Below the pieces are notes generated by a model. The model saw nothing but the letters and a program-made list of their open reading frames with translations. It ran no database searches and was not told where the DNA came from. A DNA stretch of 64,000 bases, from NCBI GenBank assembly GCA_902595795.1, contig CACJRK010000003.1, positions 7,753-71,752 of the forward strand, read 5' to 3'. The translations under genes and the position numbers were made by a program. Shown one piece after another: positions 49,200-62,500 of this stretch (the stretch's first letter is position 1; every line of letters starts with the position of its first letter). Source of the stretch: an uncultured Pelagibacteraceae bacterium. Its GTDB lineage: Bacteria; Pseudomonadota; Alphaproteobacteria; Pelagibacterales; Pelagibacteraceae.

Positions 49200-51008
49200 C
49201 TATTTTTCTTTTGAAATCTTAAGTACACCAATAAATGCCTCTTGTGGAATTTCAACTCTTCCAAATTGTTTAGATCTAGCTTTTCCTTTTTTCTGTTTTT
49301 CTAAAAGTTTTCTTTTTCTATCCGTTGCTCCACCGCCATGAATTTTAGTTAATACATCCTTTTTAAATCCCTTAATTGTCTCTCTAGCAATAATTTTGCC
49401 TCCTATCGCCGCTTGAACTGGAATCATAAAATTATGTCGTGGGATTAAATCTTTCAATTTTTCACAAACTTCTCTCCCAGTTTTTTGAGCAAAATCTTTA
49501 TGAATCATCATGGCTAGAGCATCAACAGGTTCGCCATTTACTAATATTCCAAGCTTAACTAAGTCTCCTTCTCTATGCTCAATTATCTCATAATCAAAAC
49601 TTGCATATCCGCTAGTCATTGACTTCAATCTATCATTAAAATCAAAAACAACTTCGTTCAATGGAAGTTCATAGTTTACAACTGCCCTGTTTGCAGAATA
49701 ACTTAGATTAGTTTGTATTCCTCTTTTATCCTGACACATTTTAATTATTGAGCCTAAATATTGATCTGGAGTAATGATAGTTGCTTTAATCCAAGGTTCT
49801 TCAATATATTTTATTAATGTAGGATCTGGTAAACTTGATGGATTTTGTAAATCAATTGTACTGCCACTATTAAGATGAACTTTGTAAACTACTCCTGGGG
49901 TAGTTGTTAATAAATTAACGTCAAATTCTCTCTCCAATCTTTCTGTTACAATTTCCAAATGAAGCAAGCCTAAAAAACCACATCTAAATCCTAAACCTAA
50001 AGCTGACGAAGATTCGGGCTCAAAAGAAAAGCTTGCGTCATTTAATTGTAACTTTGCTAAACCATCTTTTAATTTTTGAAATTCAGAACTATCAACTGGA
50101 AACAATCCACAAAATACTACTGGTTTACTTGGTTTAAAACCTGGTAAAGCTTCTTTTAAAGGTTTTGATGCATCACAAATCGTGTCCCCAACTTTTGTTT
50201 CTGATAAAACTTTTATCCCTGTTGTAATAAATCCAATTTCTCCTGTTTTTAATTCATTAATATCAACTGGTTTAGGAGTAAAAACACCAACTTTTTCTAC
50301 AATATACTCTTGATTTGTAGACATCATTTTAATCTTCATATGTTTTGAAAGTTTTCCATCAATAACTCTAACTAATATAACAACACCTAAATAAGTATCG
50401 TACCAGCTATCTACTAATAGACATTTTAAATCTGAAGAACTTTCTCCTTTCGGTGCAGGCAAAGTAGTTATAATTTGTTCTAAAATATCTTGTATTCCTT
50501 CACCTGTTTTTCCAGAACAGGGGATGGCATTTTCAGTATCAATACCTATTACTTCTTCAATTTGTTTTTTTGTTCTGTCTAAATCAGAAGCAGGTAAGTC
50601 AACTTTGTTTAAAACTGGAACTATTTCATGGTTTATATCCATTGCTTGGTAAACATTTGCAAGTGTTTGAGCTTCAACTCCTTGCGTACTATCTACAATC
50701 AAAATTGAACCTTCACATGCATATAACGATCTACTGACCTCGTAACTGAAATCTACGTGACCTGGAGTATCTATAATATTTAAAATATACTTTTTTCCAT
50801 CTTTAGCTTTATAATTCAATTTTACTGTCTGTGCTTTAATTGTGATTCCTCTTTCACGCTCAATATCCATTGAATCTAAAACTTGAGCTTTCATCTCTCT
50901 TTCACTCAATCCACCACAACTATGTATTATTCTATCTGCAATCGTAGATTTTCCATGATCAATATGTGCAATAATAGCAAAATTTCTTATGTTATCAATT
51001 AAACTCAT
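49200..51008 (-). CDS. lepA: Elongation factor 4 (LepA)
   Basis: [36 protein letters not shown]. Confidence 0.97.
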   Translation of the reverse strand: MSLIDNIRNFAIIAHIDHGKSTIADRIIHSCGGLSEREMKAQVLDSMDIERERGITIKAQTVKLNYKAKDGKKYILNIIDTPGHVDFSYEVSRSLYACEGSILIVDSTQGVEAQTLANVYQAMDINHEIVPVLNKVDLPASDLDRTKKQIEEVIGIDTENAIPCSGKTGEGIQDILEQIITTLPAPKGESSSDLKCLLVDSWYDTYLGVVILVRVIDGKLSKHMKIKMMSTNQEYIVEKVGVFTPKPVDINELKTGEIGFITTGIKVLSETKVGDTICDASKPLKEALPGFKPSKPVVFCGLFPVDSSEFQKLKDGLAKLQLNDASFSFEPESSSALGLGFRCGFLGLLHLEIVTERLEREFDVNLLTTTPGVVYKVHLNSGSTIDLQNPSSLPDPTLIKYIEEPWIKATIITPDQYLGSIIKMCQDKRGIQTNLSYSANRAVVNYELPLNEVVFDFNDRLKSMTSGYASFDYEIIEHREGDLVKLGILVNGEPVDALAMMIHKDFAQKTGREVCEKLKDLIPRHNFMIPVQAAIGGKIIARETIKGFKKDVLTKIHGGGATDRKRKLLEKQKKGKARSKQFGRVEIPQEAFIGVLKISKEK

Positions 51009-51013
51009 TGGCT

Positions 51014-53422
51014 TTAGGAACGAATTTTTGCGCCAGTTTTATTTTCGACTGTTTTTATAATTAATTTATTAATTTTATCTAAATCAGAAACGTCTAAAGT
51101 TTTTTCTTGTGATTGGATAGTAACATTTATTGCAATCGATTTATGATTTTCTGGAATATTCTCACCTTCATAAATATCAAAAACTTTGATATTTGATATT
51201 AAATTTTTATCTACATTAGCAACTACACTTACTAAATCTTGAACATTGATTTTTTTATCAACTATAAAAGCAAAATCTCTCTCAGATTTTTGATAATCTG
51301 AAACAGAATATTTGGTCTTTTGATCTTTTAAAGATTTGTTTGATAATTTTAGGTTATCAAGAAATATTTCAAACCCAACTAAGGACTCTGTTTTCAAATC
51401 AGTTTGTTTAATAATATTTGGATGAATTTCTCCAAAAAAAGCAGCTACGCTTTCTTCATCCCTATTTAAAAATAACCTTCCTGACTTACCTGGGTGGTAA
51501 TAAGCCGGTGTTTCATCATCAACAAAAAATTTTTCAGAGTCATAACCAGCTTCCACTAATGTTTGGACAACATCTCTTTTAATATCAAAAACATCTACAT
51601 TTCTGTCTTTTTCTAACCATGAAAGACGTGATTTTTTTCCAGCTACCAATCCAGAAACCACTGTACTTTGCTGACCAGGTTGCGTTCCATAAAATATTGG
51701 TCCTATTTCAAAAATAGACAAATCTTTAATACCTCTATCTATATTTTTTCTCATATACATAATTAAATTAGAAAATATAGAATTTCTCAAAACACTTAAT
51801 TCTGAACTTATAGGATTAACAATTTTTAATTCTTTATTTTGGCCTTTAAAATGATCATTATATTTTGCATCAGTAAAAGACCAAGTAATAGCTTCTAAAT
51901 AGCCCTTTGAAGCAATAGACCTTTGAAGAAAATGAAATAATTTTTGTGTTTGTGTTAAAGTAGATTTTTTTCTTTCTTTAATTGGTTCTTCAATTTTTAT
52001 TTTGTCATATCCAGATATCCTCACTAATTCCTCTACTATATCTATTTCTTGAGAAATATCTGGTCTCCAAGAAGGTATAGTTAATTTGAGAGCTTTTTTA
52101 TCTTTTTTACATTGGAAACCAAGTTTATCTAAAATGTATAACATATCTTTTGTCGAAATTTTAAAACCAGTTACTTTCTCAAATGAATTTGGGTCAAATT
52201 TAATAATCTTATTTTTAAATTTATAAATTTTTTGAACATCTATTTTACTAATTTCACCACCACAAATTTCTTTAATTAAAAAAGCTGCTTTTTTTAATCC
52301 TTCTTCAATAGATAATTGATCAATACCTCTCTCAAATCTAAATTTTGCATCTGAATCAATATTTAATCTTTTAGCTGTGCTTCTTATTGATCTTGGATCA
52401 AAATAGGCTGACTCGATTAAAACATTTTTTGTATCAATCTCAGTACCAGATCTTGTTCCTCCAATAATACCACCAAGTCCTAAAACACCTTTGTCGTCAC
52501 TAATTACACACATGCCGTCTTCTAGTTTATAATTTTTATTATCAAGTGCGGTGAACTTTTCTCCAGATTTTGAATTTCTAACAATTATTCCTTTTTCAAT
52601 TTTATCTGCATCGTAAGCATGTAATGGACGATTAATATCGATCATTACATAATTTGTAATATCTACAATTGCTGAAATAGGTTTTTGACCTATTGAAATT
52701 AATTTGTCTTTTAACCATTTTGGACTTTCTACATTTTTTACATTTGTGAGGAGACAACTTCCAAAAGAAAAACATCCCTGATTTTTTTCATTTGTAATCT
52801 TTACTTTAATTGTTTGGGGTTTTTTTGAATTTATTTTTTTATTTTTTTCCTGTTTTAATTTACCAAAGCCTGAAGCTGCTAAATCTCTTGCTATTCCTCT
52901 AACACCAAGACAGTCTGGTCTATTTGGTGTGATAGATAGATCGATTAAATTAGAGTTAGTTTGAGTAAAAAAACTTTTTCCTATACTTTTATTATATTTT
53001 GAAAACGGAAGTTCTGTTATTCCATCACTTTCCTCAGATAAATTTAATTCTGACTCAGAACAAAGCATTCCATAAGATGTTACATCCCTTATTTTAGCAA
53101 CAACTAATTTAGTTTTATTTTTTGGTATTATTGCACCTGGAGGAGCGTAAACGGTAATTAAACCATCTCTTGCGTTTGGTGCACCGCATACTACTTTTTT
53201 AATCTCCTTTTTACCTATGTCTACGTCACAAACTTTTAATCGATCAGCATTAGGGTGTTTTTCAGTTTTTACTATTTTTGCAATTTTAAATAAATCTAAA
53301 CCCTCGGATAAATTCTCTACACTTTCAACTTCAAGACCAATATCTGTTAGTTTTTCAAGCAAACTCGCTTCATTTGAGTTTACAGTTAAGTGATCCTTTA
53401 ACCAGTCAAATGTTATCTTCAT
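51014..53422 (-). CDS. pheT: Phenylalanine--tRNA ligase beta subunit
   Basis: [30 protein letters not shown]. Confidence 0.96.
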   Translation of the reverse strand: MKITFDWLKDHLTVNSNEASLLEKLTDIGLEVESVENLSEGLDLFKIAKIVKTEKHPNADRLKVCDVDIGKKEIKKVVCGAPNARDGLITVYAPPGAIIPKNKTKLVVAKIRDVTSYGMLCSESELNLSEESDGITELPFSKYNKSIGKSFFTQTNSNLIDLSITPNRPDCLGVRGIARDLAASGFGKLKQEKNKKINSKKPQTIKVKITNEKNQGCFSFGSCLLTNVKNVESPKWLKDKLISIGQKPISAIVDITNYVMIDINRPLHAYDADKIEKGIIVRNSKSGEKFTALDNKNYKLEDGMCVISDDKGVLGLGGIIGGTRSGTEIDTKNVLIESAYFDPRSIRSTAKRLNIDSDAKFRFERGIDQLSIEEGLKKAAFLIKEICGGEISKIDVQKIYKFKNKIIKFDPNSFEKVTGFKISTKDMLYILDKLGFQCKKDKKALKLTIPSWRPDISQEIDIVEELVRISGYDKIKIEEPIKERKKSTLTQTQKLFHFLQRSIASKGYLEAITWSFTDAKYNDHFKGQNKELKIVNPISSELSVLRNSIFSNLIMYMRKNIDRGIKDLSIFEIGPIFYGTQPGQQSTVVSGLVAGKKSRLSWLEKDRNVDVFDIKRDVVQTLVEAGYDSEKFFVDDETPAYYHPGKSGRLFLNRDEESVAAFFGEIHPNIIKQTDLKTESLVGFEIFLDNLKLSNKSLKDQKTKYSVSDYQKSERDFAFIVDKKINVQDLVSVVANVDKNLISNIKVFDIYEGENIPENHKSIAINVTIQSQEKTLDVSDLDKINKLIIKTVENKTGAKIRS

Positions 53423-54486
53423 CGACTCAGACCTCTATAATTTGTTGGAACATCAAGTGGGTCAAATCCAAAATGATTTAACCATCTGTAATCACAATCA
53501 AAAAAAGCTCTTAAATCATTAATTCCATATTTTAACATCGCCAATCGGTCTATTCCAATCCCAAATGCATATCCTTGATATTTAGCAGGATTTACTTTTA
53601 CATTTTTTAAAACATTTGGATGAACCATTCCACATCCTAATATTTCAAGCCAGTGATCTCCCTCTCCTATAATAATTTTTCCATCTTTTATTTCGTAACC
53701 AATATCTACTTCTGCTGATGGTTCTGTAAAAGGAAAATGGCTTGGTCTAAATCTCATTTTAATTTTCTCAACTTCAAAAAACTCTTTAATGAAATATTTC
53801 AAACATCCTTTTAAATGACCCATATTAATATTTTTATCTATATGAAGACCTTCTACCTGATGAAACATAGGTGAATGTGTTTGATCACTATCAGATCTAT
53901 AAGTTCTACCTGGTGCGATAATTTTAAAAGGAGGTTTATCTTTCAACATAGTTCTAATTTGAACAGGTGATGTGTGTGTTCTTAATAAGAATTTCTTATT
54001 TTCATCTAAATAAAAAGTGTCATGCATATCTCTTGCTGGATGGTTGTCGGGTGTATTTAAAGCTGTAAAGTTATTATATTCATTTTCAACGTCAGGACCT
54101 TCCTCAACACTGAATCCTATTTCAGAAAAAATTGAAGAAATTTCATCTATAGTTTGTGAAACTGGATGAACTTTACCTCTAACAAATGGTCTTTCAGGCA
54201 AAGATATATCAATTTTTTCTTTCTCTAATTTTTCATTTATTTTTTTTCCATCAATCTCATTAATTTTATTTGTTATCAAGTTCTGAAGTTCATCTTTCAC
54301 TTGATTTAAATCTGATGCGAATTTTTTTCTTTCTATTTCTGGTATCGATCCAATTGTTTTGAATAGAGAAGATATTTGACCATTTTTACCAAATAATTCT
54401 GTTTTGATTATATTGATTTCCTCCAAGCTTAAATCATTTTTAAGCTTTGATACAAATTGATCTCTAATATTTTTTATGTCTGACAT
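53419..54486 (-). CDS. pheS: Phenylalanine--tRNA ligase alpha subunit
   Basis: [35 protein letters not shown]. Confidence 0.97.
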   Translation of the reverse strand: MSDIKNIRDQFVSKLKNDLSLEEINIIKTELFGKNGQISSLFKTIGSIPEIERKKFASDLNQVKDELQNLITNKINEIDGKKINEKLEKEKIDISLPERPFVRGKVHPVSQTIDEISSIFSEIGFSVEEGPDVENEYNNFTALNTPDNHPARDMHDTFYLDENKKFLLRTHTSPVQIRTMLKDKPPFKIIAPGRTYRSDSDQTHSPMFHQVEGLHIDKNINMGHLKGCLKYFIKEFFEVEKIKMRFRPSHFPFTEPSAEVDIGYEIKDGKIIIGEGDHWLEILGCGMVHPNVLKNVKVNPAKYQGYAFGIGIDRLAMLKYGINDLRAFFDCDYRWLNHFGFDPLDVPTNYRGLSR

Positions 54487-54529
54487 ATTGGTAGATTATT
54501 TCCTTGAGAAATAAAAACAATAGCGAAGA

Positions 54530-54886
54530 TTAATTTAAAGCGGATTGAGCTTTTTGTACAATTGTTTTGAAAGCTTCTGGGCTATCATAAGCAATTTCAG
54601 CAAGAATTTTTCTATCTATTGCAATACCACATTTGCTTAAACCATTGATAAATTTTGAATAAGTTAAACCCTCTGATCTTACACCGGCATTGATTCTTTG
54701 TATCCACAATGATTTAAAATCTCTTTTTTTATTTCTTCTATCTCTGTAAGCATATTGCATGGATTTTTCCATTGACTGCTTAGCAACTCTGATTGTATTT
54801 TTTCTTCTGCCCCATTGGCCTTTTACAGCTTTTAGAACTTTTTTATGTTTAGCTTTACTGGTAACGCCTCTTTTAACTCTTGCCAT
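54530..54886 (-). CDS. rplT: 50S ribosomal protein L20
   Basis: [22 protein letters not shown]. Confidence 0.97.
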   Translation of the reverse strand: MARVKRGVTSKAKHKKVLKAVKGQWGRRKNTIRVAKQSMEKSMQYAYRDRRNKKRDFKSLWIQRINAGVRSEGLTYSKFINGLSKCGIAIDRKILAEIAYDSPEAFKTIVQKAQSALN

Positions 54887-54888
54887 TA

Positions 54889-55095
54889 TTAACCTCTTAA
54901 ACTGTAAGGCATATATGATTTAACAATTTTTCCATCTTGTTTGGACAATGTTGTTGTGCCTCTTAGTTTTCTTATTTGTGAATTCGTTCTTTTAATCATG
55001 CCATGTCTTTTACCTGCTTGAGCAGAAATAACTTTACCTTTAGCAGATATTTTAAATCTTTTTTTTGCTGAGCTTTTTGTTTTTAATTTTGGCAT
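54889..55095 (-). CDS. rpmI: 50S ribosomal protein L35
   Basis: [15 protein letters not shown]. Confidence 0.97.
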   Translation of the reverse strand: MPKLKTKSSAKKRFKISAKGKVISAQAGKRHGMIKRTNSQIRKLRGTTTLSKQDGKIVKSYMPYSLRG

Positions 55096-55106
55096 AATTC
55101 TGCGGA

Positions 55107-55135
55107 CTTATACAAAGAAAGATATAATTTTACAA
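55107..55135 (-). promoter_or_regulatory. Putative sigma70 promoter for rpmI-rplT
   Basis: TTGTAA-N17-TATAAG, then TCCGC discriminator; the -10 box ends 11 nt before the rpmI ATG. Confidence 0.5.
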
Positions 55136-55148
55136 CCTCTATTAAAGC

Positions 55149-55694
55149 TTATAAAGGCTGAATTACCATGATCATTTGCTTTCCATCAAACTTAGGGTGC
55201 AATTCTACCTTGCCAATATCTTTCATATCTTCTTTAATCTTTACCATTAGCTCATTTCCTAGATGAGAATGCTGAAGCTCTCTACCTTTAAATCTTATGG
55301 TAAATTTTACCTTGTCTCCTTTAGCTATAAATTTTTTAGCATTTTTAACTTTAAATTCATAATCATGAGTTTCTGTAACAGGTCTCATTTTAATTTCTTT
55401 TAATGAAACAATTTTTTGTTTCTTTTTTGCAAGATTTGCTTTTTTTTGAGCATCATATTTAAACTTACCCATATCCATAATCTTACAAACAGGTGGGTTT
55501 GCATTAGCAGCTATTTCAATTAAATCTAAACCTTGGCTTTTTGCCAAAGAAATTGCTTCATTAGTATTCATTATACCAAGATTATCACCCTCACTTCCTA
55601 TAACTTGCACATCTGGAGAAGAGATTCTGTTGTTTGACCTCGGACCCTTATCTTTAGTTCTTCTTTGAAAGTAATTTTGTTTAAAATCTACCAC
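55149..55694 (-). CDS. infC: Translation initiation factor IF-3 (non-ATG start; exact start uncertain)
   Basis: LDLIEI..PPVCKIMD.GK.KY, KEIK.RP, GDKVK..RFKGRE; thrS-infC-rpmI-rplT order. Confidence 0.95.
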   Translation of the reverse strand: MVDFKQNYFQRRTKDKGPRSNNRISSPDVQVIGSEGDNLGIMNTNEAISLAKSQGLDLIEIAANANPPVCKIMDMGKFKYDAQKKANLAKKKQKIVSLKEIKMRPVTETHDYEFKVKNAKKFIAKGDKVKFTIRFKGRELQHSHLGNELMVKIKEDMKDIGKVELHPKFDGKQMIMVIQPL

Positions 55695-57611
55695 TTAATT
55701 TGAGGATGCTCTGTTTACAGCAGAAAATTTTTTTAAGAATTGATCTATACCCATATTTTCTTGTTTATTAGAGTCTAATCTTCTAATCGTTACAGAATTG
55801 GAGTCAACTTCTTTTTTACCACAAATTAATAAAAGCGGTATTTTTGCTAAGGAATGATCTCTTATTTTATAATTTAAATTATGATTTTTTAAATCTACTG
55901 CAGAACTTATACCTGAATTTTTAATTTTATTTGATACATCGACAGCATAATCATTAAATTCTTCTGAGATAGGAATTACTATTGTCTGCAAGGGAGACAA
56001 CCAAAATGGAAACTTACCTGCGTAGTTTTCAATTAGAATTCCAACAAATCTTTCTAATGAACCAAATAACGCTCTATGCAACATAACAGGAACTTTTTTA
56101 GTTCCATCTTTATCAACATATGACGCATCTAATCTTCCAGGTAAGTTTAAATCAACCTGTAAAGTTCCACATTGCCAATCTCTACCAATTGCATCTCTTA
56201 AAACAAATTCAATTTTTGGACCATAAAATGCTCCCTCACCCTTATTAATACTATATTCTAATTTGGAAGCTTTTACTGCTTCAAGCAAGGAAGCCTCTGC
56301 TTTATCCCAAATTTTATCATCACCAACTCTTACCTCTGGTCTATCAGCGTATTTAAGAATTACATTTTCGAAGCCTAAATCTTTATAAATATCTAGAATT
56401 AAATTAGTTACCTCTAAACATTCACTAGTAATTTGATCTTCAGAACAAAATATATGTGCATCATCTTGGGTGAACGCTCTTACCCTTAATAATCCATGTA
56501 AGGCTCCAGATGGTTCATACCGATGTACTTTTCCAAATTCTGCAATACGTAAAGGTAGATCCCTGTAACTTTTTAATCCCTGATTAAATACTTGGATATG
56601 ACCAGGGCAGTTCATCGGTTTAATTGCAAATACTTTTTCATCTGGTGTTTCTGAGGTATACATATTTTCTCCATATTTTTCCCAATGCCCAGATTTTTCC
56701 CATAATTGTCTGTCTAATATTTCTGGTGTATTTACCTCTTTATAACCAGCTGCATCTTGTCTACTTCTCATATAGTTAATTAATTTCTGAAATAGGGCCC
56801 ATCCTTTTTCATGCCAAAATACTGATCCGGGACTTTCTTCTCTAAAATGAAATAGGTCCATTTCTTTTCCAAGTTTTCTATGATCTCTTTTTTCAGCTTC
56901 TTCAATTCTTCTCAAATAATCATCTAAATCTTTTTGAGTTGCCCAGCTTGTACCGTATATTCTTTGCAACATTTCATTTTTAGAGTCACCTCTCCAATAC
57001 GCTCCTGAGACTTTAGTAAGTTTAAAGAATTTTCCAATTTTACCTGTTGAAGCAAGATGTGGTCCCCTGCAAAGATCATGCCACTCACCATGAAAATAAA
57101 TCGATACATCCTCATTTTCTGGAATTGCTTCAATTAATTCCGCTTTATAAGTTTCTCCTTTTTCTTTAAAATGTGAAATAGCTTTATTTCTCTCCCAAAC
57201 TTCTCTTTTTGTGATTTCATTTCTATCCACAATTTCTTTCATCTTATTTTCAATATTTTGTAAATCATCTTCCGTAAAAGGTTCTTTTCTTGCAAAATCA
57301 TAATAAAAACCGTTTTCAATAACTGGCCCTATAGTTACTTGTGTTCCGGGAAACAATTCTTGAACAGCCATAGCTAATATATGAGCTGTATCATGTCTTA
57401 TTGTTTCTAGGCCCTCAGGATTTTTTGAAGTAAAAATTTTAATTGAACAATCTTTTTCTATTAAAAAATCTAAATCTTTTAAATCACCATCAACACTTAT
57501 GACCATCGCTTGTTTAGCTAATGATTTGCTAATTTTTTCAGCTACTTCCATTCCAGTAACCTTATTAGGAAAATCAATATTGTTTCCGTCTGGTAGTGTA
57601 ATTATTGGCAT
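55695..57611 (-). CDS. thrS: Threonine--tRNA ligase
   Basis: RHDTAH, DLCRGPH, KPMNCP, RVRAFTQDDAH, FYGPK, HRALFGS. Confidence 0.97.
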   Translation of the reverse strand: MPIITLPDGNNIDFPNKVTGMEVAEKISKSLAKQAMVISVDGDLKDLDFLIEKDCSIKIFTSKNPEGLETIRHDTAHILAMAVQELFPGTQVTIGPVIENGFYYDFARKEPFTEDDLQNIENKMKEIVDRNEITKREVWERNKAISHFKEKGETYKAELIEAIPENEDVSIYFHGEWHDLCRGPHLASTGKIGKFFKLTKVSGAYWRGDSKNEMLQRIYGTSWATQKDLDDYLRRIEEAEKRDHRKLGKEMDLFHFREESPGSVFWHEKGWALFQKLINYMRSRQDAAGYKEVNTPEILDRQLWEKSGHWEKYGENMYTSETPDEKVFAIKPMNCPGHIQVFNQGLKSYRDLPLRIAEFGKVHRYEPSGALHGLLRVRAFTQDDAHIFCSEDQITSECLEVTNLILDIYKDLGFENVILKYADRPEVRVGDDKIWDKAEASLLEAVKASKLEYSINKGEGAFYGPKIEFVLRDAIGRDWQCGTLQVDLNLPGRLDASYVDKDGTKKVPVMLHRALFGSLERFVGILIENYAGKFPFWLSPLQTIVIPISEEFNDYAVDVSNKIKNSGISSAVDLKNHNLNYKIRDHSLAKIPLLLICGKKEVDSNSVTIRRLDSNKQENMGIDQFLKKFSAVNRASSN

Positions 57612-58766
57612 TTAATTTAATAATCTTTTATACTCTGAATATGTAGAAAAACACATTTTTTCAACATTAAATTTTTGAACTATGTTTTTTCTCCCTTCGG
57701 TACCAATTGATTTTAATAGTGTTTCATCTAAAAAAAGAAGTTTTAAAATTTTTTTACTTAAGGATTTAGCATTTCCTGCTTCATATAAAAAACCTGTCTT
57801 TTCATCTATAATTGTTTCATTTGAGCCACCAATATTACTTGCAACAATTGGTGTCTCCATTGATTGTGCTTCAACAGCAACTCTTCCAAAAGCTTCAGGC
57901 TCCGTTGAGGCTGAAACTACAATATCTGACAGCTTATAAGCTAAAGCCATATCCTTACAGTGATCTATAAATTTAATTTGCTTTGACAACCTATATTGTT
58001 CTGAAAGTCTAATTAACTTTTTCTTATATAAATCTCTACCTTGGTCACTACCCAGAATAACAGCATAAAATGCTTCGTAACCCAATTCTATATTAACTAA
58101 ATTAACTGCTTCAATAAAAACTTCTTGTCCTTTCCAAGATGTTAATCTTCCTGGCAAAAGAATAATTTTTTTATCTTTTTCCATATTCCATGTTGTTAAT
58201 AATTTTTTTTCATCAGACTCAAATTTTGTTGTTGGATCAAAATAATCAACATTAATACCTCTAAAAATAACTAACAATTTTTTCTTATCATTTAGATATT
58301 TAGAATAATTTTGTTTAATATGTGAAAATATAAAATTAGAGCCTGCAATTATTAAATCAGATCTTGTCATAATAGAATTATAAAATTTTTTTAAATTATT
58401 TTTAAAATTGTATGTTCCATGAAATGTTGTAACAAATTTTCTACCAGTTAGTTTCGTTGCTAATAAACATGACCAGGCTGGAGCTCTACTCCTTGCATGG
58501 ACTATAGAGATATTATTAATTAAAATTATACCAATTAAAATTATTGCATTTATTAAAATTAATAGTGGGTTTTTGCTATTTACTGGCAACCAAAATACTT
58601 TTACTTTTTTTTTATCTATAAATTTTAGTAAATCACCACCACTTGTAACTATAAAAGATTTACAATTGTTTTCGGGTAAGTAATGAGCGATGTCAAAACA
58701 GCCTGTTTCAGCTCCACCATAACCTAATTTTGGTATTACTTGTAAAACTTTTAAATCAGATGACAT
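57612..58766 (-). CDS. Glycosyltransferase family 4
   Basis: GGAE, HARSRAPAW, PGRL..WKG, PEAFGRVAVEAQ. Confidence 0.9.
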   Translation of the reverse strand: MSSDLKVLQVIPKLGYGGAETGCFDIAHYLPENNCKSFIVTSGGDLLKFIDKKKVKVFWLPVNSKNPLLILINAIILIGIILINNISIVHARSRAPAWSCLLATKLTGRKFVTTFHGTYNFKNNLKKFYNSIMTRSDLIIAGSNFIFSHIKQNYSKYLNDKKKLLVIFRGINVDYFDPTTKFESDEKKLLTTWNMEKDKKIILLPGRLTSWKGQEVFIEAVNLVNIELGYEAFYAVILGSDQGRDLYKKKLIRLSEQYRLSKQIKFIDHCKDMALAYKLSDIVVSASTEPEAFGRVAVEAQSMETPIVASNIGGSNETIIDEKTGFLYEAGNAKSLSKKILKLLFLDETLLKSIGTEGRKNIVQKFNVEKMCFSTYSEYKRLLN

Positions 58767-58808
58767 TTGATATGATTATATATTAATAGACAAAACTTAT
58801 AAACGATT

Positions 58809-59552
58809 ATGGTAAATTTCAGATTTCATAAAATATCAAATACAAAGAAAATCAGACATATTGCCAAAATTTTTAAAAATAGTTCTTTTATAGTTTTTTT
58901 ACACGGTTTTATGTCAGACCTTGAAGGGGAAAAACCAAATGCATTTGTAAAGTTTGCCAAGAAAAATAAGGTAAGTTTTTTAGCACTTGAATACTCCGGA
59001 CATGGAAAATCTTCAGGTAAATTTATAAATGGAAATATTTCAAAATGGAGTAAAGAGACGTCTATTCTAATAAAAAAATATGTAAAAAGAAAAGACTTTA
59101 TATTAATTGGTTCAAGTATGGGAGCATGGATTTCTCTTAATCAATTTAAAATTTTTAGAAAACAAATTAAGGGATTTTTGGGGATAGGAGCTGCTCCTGA
59201 ATTTTTAGAAAACTTAATGTGGAAAAAATTTACTAAAAAAATGAAAGACGAAACAATAAGAAAGGGTATTTACCATTTAAAACATGGAAATTATGAATAT
59301 CCAATTTCACTTCAGCTAATAAAAGATGGGAGAAAAAACAAAGTTTTAAATAAGAAAATTAATTCAAATATTAAAGTAACAATGGTGCATGGTGAAAAAG
59401 ATGAAGTAGTCCCTGTTTCCTATTCAAGAAAGATTTTAAAATTGTTTCCAAAAGCAAAAAAAAAATTAAATATTATTAAGAAAGGCGATCATAGTTTATC
59501 AAGTAAAAAAAGGTTAAAGGTAATTTTGAAAGAGCTTAATTTGTTAATTTAA
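58809..59552 (+). CDS. Alpha/beta hydrolase
   Basis: HGFMSD, YSGHGKS, GSSMG nucleophile elbow, HG..DEVVP, GDH. Confidence 0.9.
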   Translation: MVNFRFHKISNTKKIRHIAKIFKNSSFIVFLHGFMSDLEGEKPNAFVKFAKKNKVSFLALEYSGHGKSSGKFINGNISKWSKETSILIKKYVKRKDFILIGSSMGAWISLNQFKIFRKQIKGFLGIGAAPEFLENLMWKKFTKKMKDETIRKGIYHLKHGNYEYPISLQLIKDGRKNKVLNKKINSNIKVTMVHGEKDEVVPVSYSRKILKLFPKAKKKLNIIKKGDHSLSSKKRLKVILKELNLLI

Positions 59553-62500
59553 CTAACTTTTTTAACTTGTTTTTTTAATGTTATAGGATTTTTTAATTTA
59601 TCTAACATTTCTTTCGGACATACTTGAATAAAATTATTAATTTCATTATCAAAACTTTCTATTAATTTTTTAGACAAGTCTGATCCTGTTTCTTTGAGAT
59701 GCTGATTGATTAAATTTTTTAAAAATTCTTTCCAGTAATCTGTTTCTACATTTTGCCATACAACTGATTCAGGATTTACTTTTTTTTCAAATTGTTGTTT
59801 TTTATCATAAATAAATGCCATACCTCCGGTCATTCCTGCTGCAAAGTTATCGCCAACATTTCCTAATATTACAACTGTTCCACCAGTCATGTACTCACAA
59901 CCATTTGAATCACACCCTTCTATAACTGTTGTTGCACCTGAGTTTCTTACCGCAAATCTATCTCCTGCTAGACCTGCTGCAAAAAGTTTACCTGATGTGG
60001 CTCCGTACAAAACAGTATTACCAATAATAGTATTTTCATTTGAAATTAAATTACTCTCATCTGAAAGTTTTATTGCTATAGTTGCACCTGACAGACCTTT
60101 TCCAACATAATCATTAGCATCTCCTTTAAGTACTAGCTTTAATCCTTTTGTAGAGAAAGCACCAAAAGATTGTCCTGCTGATCCTTTAAAATTTAAAGTT
60201 AAAAAATTTTCATCTAACTTCTCATATCCATATTTTTTATATAGATGGTGTGAAATTCTAGTTCCTACTGCTCTATTTGTATTTTTAATTGAATATTCTT
60301 TTTCAATTTTTTGCGAATTATCCAATGCTGTTTCTATTTCTGGCCAAATTTCCTGATCTAAAGTATCAGGAACTTTATTTATTTCTGTGCTCTCGCAATA
60401 TCTTTTATTGTCCCCTGGATCTGCTTGAACAAACAATGGGTTTAAATCTAAGTCATCTAAATTAGGAGAGGCTTTATTGACTTGCATTAACAAATCAGTT
60501 CTTCCAATTATTTCATTAAGTGATTTAAAACCAAGTTCAGCTAATATTTCTCTAACTTCTGAGGCGATAAAAGTGAACAAGTTTACTACTTTATCAGGTG
60601 TCCCAGTAAATTTTTCTCTTAATTTTTCATCCTGAGTACACACTCCAACCGGACATGTGTTTGAATGACATTGTCTTACCATGATACAGCCCATAGCTAC
60701 CAAAGCTGTTGTTGCAACACCATACTCCTCTGCTCCCATCATTGCAGCAATTACAACATCTCTTCCAGTTTTAATTCCACCATCAGTTCTCAAAGTTACT
60801 TTGTGTCTAAGATTATTTAATGTTAAGACTTGGTTTGCCTCAGTTAGACCCATCTCCCAAGGTATTCCAACATACTTAACACTTGTTTGTGGCGTGGCGC
60901 CAGTTCCACCATTGTGACCTGAAATTAATATTATATCAGCTTCAGCTTTGGCTACCCCTGCTGCAATTGTTCCTACACCCGATGATGCAACCAATTTTAC
61001 CCCTATACGAGCTTTTGGATTTATCTGTTTTAAGTCATAAATTAATTGAGCTAAATCTTCTATTGAATAAATATCGTGGTGAGGAGGTGGAGATATTAGA
61101 GTAACTCCTGGAGTTGAATGTCTTAATTTTGCAATTTCATCTGTTACCTTGAAACCAGGTAGTTGACCTCCTTCACCTGGTTTTGCTCCTTGAGCAATTT
61201 TTATTTCAATTTCATTACAATTGTTCAAATAATTGATGGTGACTCCAAATCTTGCAGAAGCAATTTGTTTTACTCTTGAGTTTGCACTATCGCCACTTTG
61301 CATCACTTTAAATCTTTTTTCATCTTCACCACCTTCTCCACTACAAGAGGCTCCTTTTATTCTATTCATTCCTATTGCTAAAGTTTCATGAGCTTCTTTA
61401 GATAATGCACCATGAGACATACTACCGCTTCCAAATCTTTTTAATATATTTTGAATTGGTTCAACTTCACTTAAATCTATTGAAGGACCTAATTTCTTTT
61501 TTCTAAAGTCAATTAAATCTCTTAAATTTATAGGAGGCAAATTATAAATACCTTCAGCATATTTTTTATATGCATCATATGAGTTCGACCCAACTGCACT
61601 TTGCAGTAAATGAATTAATCTTCCTTGATATTGATGAGTTTCACCATTTTTTCTGTATCTATAAATACCACCAATTGGAAGAACTGTTTCTGAACTCTCA
61701 AAAGCCTCTTTATGAATTTCTCTAATCTTTTTTTCTATTCCAGTTAAGCCAATTCCAGAGATTTTTGAAGTAACACCAGGAAAATAATCATCAACTACAG
61801 TTCTGCTTAATCCAACAGTTTCAAAATTACAACCACCTCTATAAGAACTTAAAACTGATATACCCATTTTTGACATTATTTTTAATAGTCCTGCATTAAC
61901 AGACTTTATGTATCTCTCCACACAATCATCAAAACTAAATTGACCAAATAGTTTTTTTGAAAATCTTTGGTACAAACTATCAAAAGCTAAGTAAGGGTTA
62001 ACAGTAGTAGCACCTACACCAATTAATGTAGCAAATGAGTGTGTATCCATCGCCTCTCCTGATTGAACATTTATCGAAACATAACCTCTTAATTTTTTAT
62101 TAATTAAAAAAGTGTTTATAGATCCAACACATAAAAGCATTGGTATAGGTAGTTTCTGATCAGATATCTCTTTGTCACTAAGAATTAATTGAGTTACTCC
62201 TTGTCTTACAGCTATTTCGGCTTCTTTTTGAATTCTATTAATTGCATCGGACAAACTTTCATCTTTTGAAAAGCTGCAATCGATCATTACAGAATTTTTT
62301 CCAAAAAAATTAATAAATTTCTCAAATTGAGAATTAGATAAAATCGGACTATTAAGAACGTAAATATTTTCTTTTGTTAAAGTATCAAAATCTAAAATAT
62401 TACCTAGATTTCCAAAACGAGTTTTAAGACTCATAACTTTATTTTCTCGAAGCGAATCTATAGGTGGGTTTGTTACCTGGCTAAAATTTTGTCTGAAAAA

